DNA of 64,000 nt. Source: Lingula anatina (taxonomy: Eukaryota; Animalia; Brachiopoda). The stretch covers positions 5,526,954 through 5,590,953 of the forward strand of contig CM120644.1 in NCBI GenBank assembly GCA_051362555.1, given 5' to 3'. Position numbers and translations under genes: made by a program. Shown here piece by piece: positions 53,601 to 64,000 of the stretch (position 1 is its first letter; the number at the start of each line of letters is the position of its first letter). The notes below the pieces were generated by a model. It saw nothing but the letters and a program-made list of their open reading frames with translations. It was not told the DNA's origin and ran no database searches.

Positions 53601-56600
53601 GTCTAAGCTTTCAGACAAAAATTTGGTCAAATTCAGTTCAAGATAAATTCACTGTAGTCCACTTTCACGAATAAAGTATAGGCCTTGAGCAATCACATCA
53701 TGTCTCCTGTAATAAAACCAGAGCGCCACTGTTTCATTTATCGGATTTCTTGATTACATCTATCTTTGATTTTTCTTGGATAAAAGAAGCTTTAGACTGA
53801 AAATCAAGGACAAAAGTACTTTTATTGCACAAAACACATACACCAGGTCGACAGCTCACAGTAATGTACCCTGTATTTCACAGTGTTTGGTGAATCTTGT
53901 GCATGAAATACTCATATCCGTAATTTTAACGATTTCATTTGTTCTTTACCATCAGTGCAGATTAAGGTCCATGGATGCCGGATGTTACGACGGCTACTAG
54001 TTATTATTCAATAAAACAAAACCTGATTCAATTTCCTTTTCCTTTTTCTCTTCTTAGTATCTATGGAACTTTAATTTCTTAAGGGTAGGTACGTTATGGA
54101 GTCATCTTCGAAGAAACTTTATGACCATATTTTGAACAAATAAGGCCAAGGAGTGTTTAGAAATACTTAAGGCTTGAGAGTTAGAAAAAAACTTACCAGT
54201 GCAGTTCACATAGGGGTCTCCTTCGAAGCCATTTTCACAAACACAATATTGGTGAAATTTTTGATTACATCCATTGTTATTACGAGGCCTGTCATATACC
54301 ACGCCTCTTTTTTCAACAACGCATTTCGCATTATCCCCACACGGCACTGGAAACGTAAAATACCTTTTTGCAGCGAAGAGAATTTTTTGCGTTTTGACTA
54401 ATTATATAGAGATCGAATAGTGATGATTATTTAAAGGGATAATAACTCTTCGTTTCGGCCAAAAAAAAAAAAAAAAAAAAGAATTTTCCTGGAGTAAACA
54501 ACAATTTTCCTATACTTACCAATGGTTAATGAATCCATTTTAACATTCAAAGTTAGTCCCTGTTTTTTTCTAAAAAAGTTTGGTTTTTTGTTAAAATCTC
54601 TTAAGAGATTTTAACAGAGTATAGCCATCAATGGAGGTCACGTGGTCTAAAGACAAACTCAGATATCAGAATACTAGCTAACTGCCCTTTTTTGTGGTAA
54701 AACAGAATATATTATATTTCTATGAGTTATTCACAATGTTTTTATTGTAAAATATAGATCTCATACGAATAGTTATGATCCCTTTAAGATAAACAATTTT
54801 GGACATCACTGTAACTAAATATCATCTCAGCAACTATGATAGCACCCCCCTGGTTTGTATGCCCCTTTAAGGATTAATGTGCAGTGATCTACTAAACAAT
54901 GGTCTAAAACAGCCCTTTCTTGCTATAAGACATTCGCCAAATTTTATTTTTTAGTTCGTGTGGTACCGATTGATCTTGGGTAATAATGTACTACATGTGT
55001 TTATACAAGGGCGATCCAGGATTATATGAGGGGTGGGGGGAAGGGTTGCGCAGATGCAAAGTCGAACCTTATCTCCCCATGGGATCGGCGCCCGCTGAAG
55101 GGTCCCGAAAATTGTTGGTATTTTAGAGGGCGAACCTTGTTTTTTGATACGGTTTAGAACTATGATTCAGCTAGTCAAAATTATAATTTCAAGAGAAGAT
55201 CATTGGTGAATTATTATTCAGAAATCGAAGGGGCCGCCACTATATATACCCGGTATATTGGTCAACAAGTTGAGACACGCTTTCGGCCTAGAATACTTTT
55301 CTGAAACAGGCTCCATGTTATAGTGCACGAGGTGACATGACCTGGTGGCCAGAAGTGGTGGTAATATGAGCCATTTTTCAGTCAAATGCGTGGGCCAGCT
55401 AGTATTTATGCAGTGGCAATCGCCAGGGAGGAGCAGTACAAACGTAGAACATATTCCGGGTAGTTTGCAGTGTATTTCGAAGGGGAAAATAGCACAAAAT
55501 GTAAGGGTATTGTACATTATAGTTTAACTTATGTAGTTCAGATGTTTTTGTTATATTTAGTTTTGTTTTTCGTATATTTATGTAGTTTATTTATTCGTTC
55601 TAGATTTCTAAAAGTGGGTCCTCATTTCCTTATAAATGTATGTAATTTTAAGTCATCGTGTCATATTATTAACGACATGAATTTTGCCCGGTAACAAACT
55701 GCGTTATTTAAAGACTATTTATTGCGTTTATATATACCGCCAATAAAACGACAACATTTTTATGACTTATAACCTGGTAAGTAATTACAACTGCATATGT
55801 TGTCTACACCCCCGGTATGAAATTTAAAGAGCCACGACCTACCTCTGTTGCAAATGGGTCCGAAGATAGGAGAGGGACAAACGCAATGGAAAGAGTCGCT
55901 TTTTGGATGGCACGTCCCTCCATTTAAGCACGGCTGAGAATCGCAGGGAGCTGGAAAAAATATTTGCTCAAAAAATCCTCTAACACAATTAACTATGGGG
56001 TCCTGCAGGACGTCCCATAGTGCAATTCCGCATGAGGCGGCGTTCAAAATGAATTTGCATGGGGATGTTGCAAGGCTTAGGCTGTTTATTAGGTTTTAAA
56101 ATATGAAGTGAGACAGCCGTTTTGTTTTCCTTTTTAAAGACAAATTTACGTTGTGATTTTTTATCTGATCCCATTCCCATATACACTATTGGACCACGAG
56201 GGTTGCTCCAACTCTGCAGGGGTTAAGTGTAAACAGCGGAATCAGCTTAATTGCCTGACAGATACTCGAGCACCTAGCAGGGGCGTAACCAGGCCTTTTA
56301 AAAGTGTACGCACAGATTTCCAAAATTCCCAGGTAAAGCTTAATGTAGACTTACGCAACAGGTGAAGAGCACTTTAAATTATATGTACCAAATATTATAA
56401 CTTAGATTTCACCAGAAATAAAATTATCACTTTAAGTTAAAAATAGTCTTACAATATAATTAAGTTCCAGTAAATTATTTCACCAAGAGCCAACGCTTTT
56501 TCCAGGATTGGGGTACAGGCCGTCCAAATTTGCCATCTGTAATTTCCTTCAAATTTTCAGGAGGTCAAACATTTTCCAAGTACCGTGAGCGGTAGTGAGG

Positions 56601-58527
56601 GGTAGGGTAAAAATCAAATAAAAAATATTCAAAAATTATAAATTTCATTGGGGAGGGAGGGAGGGTTAAAAACAATCGATAACGATCTCCCGCTGACGCT
56701 CTTTCGCCTTTTTTCGACAAGATTGGAGTTTATGATTTTACCCGACTGGTTGGTTCAAAGGTTGTCCATCTTCTGGCCATGCATAAGCAAAAAGCGCTGC
56801 ATTAGCCCACGTCGGACCATACGGGTCCCATATGGGACCCACGTGGAACACATGGACAGATTCATCTGGGGCCCACATCACAGCCCACACGGGCCACATG
56901 TGGGACCCATCGTTGCGTGCTAACTGGGATAAGTGTTATCATCATCTTTATATGGCAACCCTGAGTCACTGGCTAATGATAAAAGGTATATGTTTGGTAA
57001 AAAATACCAATGAATAGTAATCTAGCTGAGTGAGCTATATGTAGAAAATAGATCACCCGCGTCGTAATTGAGAGAGTATAGGAAACGAGATTAATGTTCG
57101 CTACTTTGTTTTTCTCTGCTTCGACAGCTATAAACAACTGACATCCAATGCATACTGAATAAGTTCATGTCCTGTTATGCATTGGATTATAATTCTAAAT
57201 AACTGAAGATAAAGCAACCAGAAAATACCTATGCATAAATTCTGTCAGCTTTCATCATTGCCTCACCATGCTCTCTCGCTGACCTGCGTTATTTTGGTCC
57301 AGCTGTCCAATTTCCGTCCAATTTCATTTTATTTAATGCTTAACCTAGATGTCCCCCCTTTTTTCTTTTCTTACTTCTGTTTATAAATGTATATCCAATG
57401 GCATTTTCTATGCAACCCCCCTTACTTACAATCTACGGCAGCGTGAATGACAAATGCACACGCCATTAGAGTCAAAACAAGGTGCGGGCTGAACAACACT
57501 TCCATCATAGATTGGCTGATTTGGAAATGTTATGTCTTACTTCGTTGGAAGGAAATATGATTCCCTGAAACAAACGCAATCTTTGAAATTTTACGTCACA
57601 ACAATCAATCTGTTTTAACAACAATAATATTTTAACATGATGTACATGACGTAAACACAGTTTACGTGTCGGCATCAGCAATCTAGCAACTAAAAAGGCC
57701 AAAAAATGTCTAAAACGGTTGGTACAGATAAAAAATAAACAACACCAAAAATTTACCATCTTTATCTGAAATAACGTCAGAATTAATGGGGGATATATTT
57801 TTTTAAAATCAACGTGTTTTAACATTATGAACATGACGTAAACGCAGTACTTGAATTTCCGCATCAGCAATCTAGCAACTAAAAAGGCAAAAAAATGTCT
57901 AAAACGGTTGGTACAGATAAAAAGTAAACAACACCAAGAATCACCATCTTTATCTGAAATAACGTCAGAATTAATGGTGGGTATTTTTATAAATAAACGT
58001 GTTTGGAAAGCAACACATTTTTACCTACTACACCACCACCGCCACTAATAATAATAATAATATTCGCCAGACCTGCTCCTTTTGTGACCTTTTTTGTGGT
58101 GGTGGCACATAAAAGAAGGAGTCTGCAGTAACTATCCCCAAACAATTGATCATGACTTCTCATGATGCAATTAGGTTAATATACGAAGGAAAATCAGATG
58201 TACAATTCCCTTTCAAATGTTAGACAGGGTCGTTACGAACGTCTATGTATAAATTATTTTCACTGCCACGAGCATATCAATAATATTACTTGCTGTTTGA
58301 TGTGTAAATCTGTGTGATTTAATAAAACACACACTACACTAGATAAATCAAACGTGCTCGTTAGAAATATCTGTGGCAAAATAAGAAAATGAGCATTGCA
58401 TTCATTAAAATATTTCTTCATCCAAATAAATCTTACCTTCTTTGTTCGGACTGAAGTCTGATCCAGCAATGAGACGTCCCAGAACAGATCTCGTCCACAT
58501 ATATATTGTCACTGTTAACGTCTCCAT
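50652..58527 (-). CDS. Small EGF-repeat protein (EGF / atypical EGF / Ca-binding-type EGF / atypical EGF), ~206 aa
   Basis: Phase-1 exons: 58437-58527 (METLTVTIYMWTRSVLGRLIAGSDFSPNKE, less certain), 55843-55950 (PCDSQPCLNGGTC..CVCPSPIFGPIC), 54197-54346 (VPCGDNAKC..CVCENGFEGDPYVNC), 51706-51819 (DINECNNQPCLNNGTC..CMCPGAIWGPTC), 51258-51407 (VPCGGNAKC..CICENGFEGNPYVNC), 50652-50659 (AQ*, less certain). AATAAA lies on the minus strand at 50482-50487. The four EGF exons are solid. The terminal exons are inferred from phase and splice signals. Confidence 0.75.
51913..53569 (+). mobile_element. Tc1/mariner element in EGF-gene intron 3
   Basis: TIR CAGGGTTACTACTTAATATGGAAT / ATTCCATATTAAGTAGTAACCCTG with TA TSD in an AACTAGTT target. 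Frameshifted transposase with VFGDEA, VWGAI, QDDCATPH and WPANFLNIYPIENLW. Confidence 0.92.
54435..54783. mobile_element. Non-autonomous DNA element with TTAA TSD (Kolobok-like)
   Basis: TTAA|AGGGATAATAACT ... AGTTATGATCCCT|TTAA. Confidence 0.55.
57620..58005. repeat. Tandem duplication of a ~190-bp unit
   Basis: ACATGACGTAAAC..GCATCAGCAATCTAGCAACTAAAAAGG..AACGTGTTT occurs twice head-to-tail. Confidence 0.8.
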
Positions 58528-59509
58528 TGTGATTGGCGTGACACCAATGAAAATTATCCAATCGCAGACATTCGGGTTATAAACATAAATTCTTTTTTAT
58601 GCTCTTTCTATCTCTCATTAAAGTTGGAATGAATTGATATTGTGCTTTATAATCCCCGTCTTTCACTTGCTTTCTTCATCTGTATTTCACTCATTAATAA
58701 CATGTCTACTTGTTTGGCGCAGTAGGCCTACTCTTTTTACGTCCTGTTTTGCTCTCTCTCTCTCTCCCATTCCCTCTCAAAGTGACAACATATATTAAAC
58801 ATGTCGACAGCAAACAAATACACCGTAACAGTATACGTAATTTACCACGGAAGATAAATGAAATGAAAAACTATTCAAAAATATATCCACCAGAATGAGG
58901 GCATCACTTACAGGTATATGTGATATAACTGACAATTGCAGCTCTCTCTCTCCCTCGCTCCAGTTAGGGTAACTAAATATCACAGCTTCCCTCTTTCTGT
59001 TTCTATCTCATCACTTTATCTAACTTATAATTACTGCATCCTTCCTCCCAGTCAACGACGACGAGATGCCGCTGTCAAACGTTAATTCACCGACCTTCAT
59101 TTTATATAATTCAAGGGATTTTATAGCATCTTTTTGTTTACCGATCACGCATAATTTACGTGTTTTCTCCACCTCATCTCAAATTGCGTGATCACTAGAA
59201 CTTCACTTCTAATTTGCCATTTCGCTATCTAATATTTTATTATGAAACAAAATATCTAAAATATTATTTCCAATACACCATTACTTAGGTAATTCCCAAA
59301 GTCCAGTCTGCAGCTGTTGTACACGTGTTAGAAAATTTTGATTGGGAAAATAACCAATCAACTCAAATTTTATCCGTCTTTTACATGTTTAACCTAATGC
59401 AAACAAATTGTCTTTCACAGCATTCTCCTTTAATCTGCTTCTCACTCTCTCTCATCCTCTCTATCTCTCATCACTCATCAAGGTCTTATAATTAACGCCA
59501 CCTCCCCTA

Positions 59510-59556
<47 letters not shown>

Positions 59557-59831
59557 ACAGACAGACAGTGGCACATAAATTGACACAAATATTTTTCAAT
59601 ATTCGCAAATTACCCTTATGGAAAGGTGAAACTGCTGAAAAACAAGGCATTAATTGAACGAGAATATGGGCAAATGCAATTGGCTGTTATGTCCCACTTC
59701 ATATTTCTCCACACAGCTGATTTGTGACCTGACACAAATATTTCGACAATACTTATGATCGGCCATTTTGAATACATTACGACAGTATTCATCTAATACA
59801 ATACATTTTCTTTCAAAGCATTTTCTTTTAA

Positions 59832-59914
<83 letters not shown>

Positions 59915-60223
59915 TTCTATCTATATCATCCTATCTCCATACTGTATTTCATAACTCAGTCATGGGACTGCTTTTCGGGTCTTACATTTGCTTTGAGAAA
60001 ATAACAATTACAGCCACCACCCCCGTTTCTCGCTCTGTATCTCTGTCTCTCTCTCTCTCACACACACACACACATGGGCGTCCGCAGGGGGTGGTCAGTA
60101 GGGTTACTTAATCCCTCTGGGGTTTCGGAACTGCATTTTTAATGCTGGTAGCCAGCCAATCATTATCTCCCCCTTCAATGTCTTTGACCCTCCACCCGGG
60201 AAAATTTTTCAGCGGACACCCAT

Positions 60224-60261
<38 letters not shown>

Positions 60262-61459
60262 TGACACATAAGCTGTCAAAAATATATTTGATATTCACAA
60301 TTTACCCTTATAGAAAGGTGAAACTGCTGAAAAAAAGTCATTAATAAAATGAACGAGAATATGGGCAAATGCTTTGTCCCACTTCATATTTTTCCACACA
60401 GCTGACTTGTGACCTGACACAAATATTTCAATAATATTTATAATCGGCCATTTTGAATATATTAAGACAAAATTCCAAATAAATCTGAATGAGATTATGG
60501 TATATAGCAGGATAAATATCCCTTTCCCCACTATTCAACCTGTAGGTAATTAGGCAAAATTATACAGCTGTATATGCTACTACGGGACAAATGTCCTAGG
60601 CAGGAATTCCACTGAGCTCTAGAACACATTCTTTATGAAAATTTCGTAAGGAGATCCCCTTTTACTTATGAATAGATTCCGGGAACATGTTACCAGGGGT
60701 CCATCTACCTGCTCCAAAATCGGCTGAAGGGCCTTTGGCAGATTTTGTGGGTGTCAGAACACCTTGACGACATCATCCGTCTGGTCTCTGGTAGAACATA
60801 GGTGGACCTTTGCTTCAAAAGCTTCAAAACAGCCTCCAGACCCAAAGGTGTGTGGCAAGTCCACCTGCTGGGAGCATACATGTACCGTCTAACATGGTAA
60901 CAGAGAGATATTTCACCAGATATTCACAGATTTGTCTAATTCATAACACAATCATATTCCTTAATGCACAGGTACATGTAACTAATGTCCAGTCCTGGAA
61001 GAGGGTACATGGGGGAACAAGCATTCTCAAACACTTTTGATATTTATAATTAAGTACAGTTATGTCCTATTTCTCAGTATCGGCCACGTGTTAACTTGTT
61101 TTTGATACATTATCTTTTTGCGTGATCACCAGAACTTCACCTTGAATTTGTCAATTAACTATCTAAAATTCCTCATAAAACGATCTCTGCCAACCCAGCT
61201 TTGAACTAAATACTGGTATCTAAAATATTATTTCCAATACACCATTAATTTGATAAATAATTAAGTCCAGTCTGCAGCTGTTGTGCACGTGATAAAATTT
61301 TTCGATTGAGAAAATAAACAATCAACTCAAATTTCATCTGACTTAAACACTATTCATCTAACATAATACATTGTCTTTCACAGCATTTTCCTTAATCTCT
61401 CTCTTTATACATATATATATATATATAAAATATCACAGCTATAAAGCTATATATATATA

Positions 61460-62682
61460 CACTGATGCTCATAAGTTAAGCAACACTTTCTTATTTCTCG
61501 AATTTCTCAGCAACCAAAATTTTTATTGAGGCAAAATTTGTACAATAGCTAGATATTTCTCTTGTTTTTACTTTGACTTACTGGACCGTGACATTAGAGT
61601 ACTATTTACTGTTGAACACGATAGAATATGCAATGGGGGTGCCACTTGCGAAAAACACAGTTTGGCCATGCCATGAGGAGCTTCCGGTTTGGCTAGTTTC
61701 ATGGGCACAATTTGTTATTTTGGACCAACCAATGGTTAGAAGAGGACTCAACGAGGTAATCAGATGACAAATAACGGGAAGCCATCGTGCTGGGGTGCCA
61801 AAGAGACAGATTGCAAGGCAACAAAAAAGCAGCACCAAGTCAAGTGTCCAAGCTGGTAGCAAAATGGTCGATTACCAGGACCAGTTCATTTCAGCCAAAC
61901 AATGAAAAATTGCCACCATACGTCATTCAAGGGAGGCGCCCTGATCAACAATACAGAGACGAAATACCATTGGGGTGCATACAATCACACATTCAAGCAA
62001 ACCCAGAAAGAAAAATCATTTTGGACAATGCGCCCATCCAGAAAGCATGGTCCGTGCCAGACGCGCTGCAAGAGCGCGGTATCCCACATTTGGATTGGCC
62101 TGCATATTTACCAATTCTCAATGTAATCGAGCATGCTTAGGATATGATTGACAGGGCAATAAGTGAGAGACAACCTTCAGTTAGAAACATTAGAGAGGTC
62201 CAACAGGCAGTAAATAAAGAATGGAACCGGCTCTCAAAGCAAGATTGGCAGAATTTGGTGGCAAGTTGCAGGAGACAATGTGAAGCTGTTGTTCAAAACC
62301 AGGGAAAGCACACCCGATATTTATTGCATAATAGACGATTAATCATCTATTATCTACAGTCTACTTGTATTAGAACTAATTCTTAGATGATTGAACTTTA
62401 TTTTTTCATAATAAGCTGTTTTAATCAGCACGTACTTTTTGCTGTGTGAGCATACTTTTTTGACACATGGTTTGGCATATTTTAGTACCGTTTGGTTAAT
62501 AAAGTCATTTTGATTATTGCAATAAGCTGTGTGGTGTATTTCTTTGACCGAAATATTCAACTTGAATAAGTTATTTATAAAATATGAAAGAAATATGCAT
62601 AATCCCACCAACAAATGAAATAATGATCATGATAGAAGAAACTTTTGAAAAAATCGGGGTGTTGCTTAACTTATGAGCATCA

Positions 62683-62685
<3 letters not shown>
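61460..62685 (+). mobile_element. Internally deleted Tc1 element inserted in (TA)n
   Basis: TIR CACTGATGCTCATAAGTTAAGCAACAC / GTGTTGCTTAACTTATGAGCATCAGTG, with LDNAPIQ and LDWPAYLPILNVIEHA relics. Confidence 0.9.

Positions 62686-62756
<71 letters not shown>
62686..62756. repeat. (TA)n microsatellite
   Basis: Read directly. It is the target of the Tc1 insertion. Other (CT)n/(CA)n/(TG)n tracts lie at ~18820, 19075, 20308, 22621, 22934, 39633, 41616, 59513, 59838, 60224 and 63070. Confidence 0.95.
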
Positions 62757-62758
<2 letters not shown>

Positions 62759-63078
62759 ATCTTTCTATCTATCTCATTCTATCTCCATATTTCATCACTC
62801 AGTCATGGGACTGCTTTTCGGGTCTTACATTTGCTTTGAGAAAATAATAATTATAGCCACCACCCACGTTTCTCGCTCTGTATCTCTGTCTCTCTCTCTC
62901 ACACACACACACATGGGCGTCTGCAGGGGGCGGGGGTCAATAGGTCACTTAATCCCCCTGGAATTTCGGAACTGCATTTTTATAACTGGTACCCAGCCAA
63001 TAATTATCTCCCCCTTCAATGACTTTGACCCCCCACCCCCCGGGGAAAAATTTCAGTGGACACCGACGCACACACACA

Positions 63079-63121
<43 letters not shown>

Positions 63122-64000
63122 TGACACATAAGTTGACACAAATATATATTTTTTTAATATTCACTATTTACCCTTATAGAAAGGTGAAACTTCTGAAAAC
63201 AAAACATTTATTGCACGTGAATGTGGGCAAATGCACTTAACTATTTAGTTCCTTTTCATGTTTCTCTACTCGGCTGACTTGTGGCCTGTCACAAATATTT
63301 CAGCACTTTATAGCTGGCTTTTTTGAATACATTACAACAAAATCCCCAAACAAATCTGTGTGAAGTTATGGAATAACTCAATTAAAATATAGCAGGATAA
63401 GATATACCCTTCCCCACTATACAACTTACAGGCACCGTAATTGGGCAAAATCCTTTATGGTTCTAAGAGACAAATGTCCTAGGCAGGTATTGCTATAGGC
63501 AGGGGCTGTATAGGACATTTTTTTTTTTTTAATTTTCGTAAGGAGATCTCATTTCACTTACGACGTACGATATTCCAGGGAACTATTACCAGTGGTCCAT
63601 CTACCTGATACAAAATCAGGTGAAGGGCCTTTGGCAGATTTTCTGACTGTTAGCGCACTTTGACGACACCATCCATCTGGTCTCTGGTAGAACATATGTG
63701 GGCCTTAGCTTCAGAGGCTTCAAAACAATCTCAAGACCCAAAGGTTTGTGCAAATCCACCTGCTGGGATTTACCGTTTAAAATGGTCATAGTTCGATTTT
63801 TCACCAGATATTTACAAATTTACCCGTAAAATTCATGACACAGTCATATTCCGTAATGCACACGCACATCTAACTAATATCCGGTCCTGGTACAGGGAGC
63901 ATGGGGAAAGAGGTGTTCTGAACCACTTTTTAAGACCAGTCCCACTAGTAAACTCAAAACGCGTCTTGCTTCGTCAAGAAAACCGCCAACATTGCTAGTT

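Larger units (their letters stand above)
59130..63940. repeat. Tandem duplication of a ~1.9 kb unit upstream of the EGF gene
   Basis: ~59130-59450 matches ~61110-61410, and ~59900-61040 matches ~62750-63940. The second unit carries the Tc1 insertion. Confidence 0.75.

Noticed and set aside
36473-55950. EGF exons as an N-terminal extension of receptor B, analogous to the sushi domains of GABA-B1a
   Set aside because: Receptor exon 1 has its own signal peptide and an in-frame TAA ~63 nt upstream of its ATG. The EGF exons have a plausible terminal exon and AATAAA at 50659-50482.
56741-56805. Extra EGF-gene exon (AALFAYAWPEDGQPLNQPV)
   Set aside because: There is a donor-like GGTAAAA but no convincing acceptor or phase match, and it abuts a MITE-like insert. 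Not supported without cDNA.
57620-58005. CRISPR-like array
   Set aside because: Only two ~190-bp tandem units with no unique spacers, in eukaryotic DNA.
62645-63240. ORFs with YI/HT/CV repeats (also 22348-23053 and 59768-60004)
   Set aside because: They are translations of (TA)n, (CA)n and (CT)n microsatellites.

Overview
AT-rich, intron-rich eukaryotic (invertebrate-type, organism not determinable) genomic DNA with three minus-strand genes. Two are tandem paralogues of a divergent GABA-B-receptor-like class C GPCR: signal peptide, Venus-flytrap domain joined directly to a 7TM domain, no cysteine-rich domain. Copy B is complete (16 coding exons, 36473->26859, 752 aa by my splice model). Copy A (16815->window start) has 15 exons visible and runs off the left edge. 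The third gene encodes a small four-EGF-module protein (58527->50652, about 206 aa). The most unusual observation is that all three genes sit behind the same duplicated ~2 kb CCAAT-promoter/first-exon block. That exon has an in-frame ATG in the EGF gene but no ATG in either receptor copy. The rest is transposon-rich: a 5.5 kb foldback DNA element with ~1.1 kb TIRs, four Tc1/mariner remnants, a frameshifted L1/Tx1 LINE with a 12-bp TSD, RTE and L2 fragments, MITEs, a Helentron-like insert and microsatellites. All exon models were read by eye from splice sites and frame continuity, with no transcript evidence.
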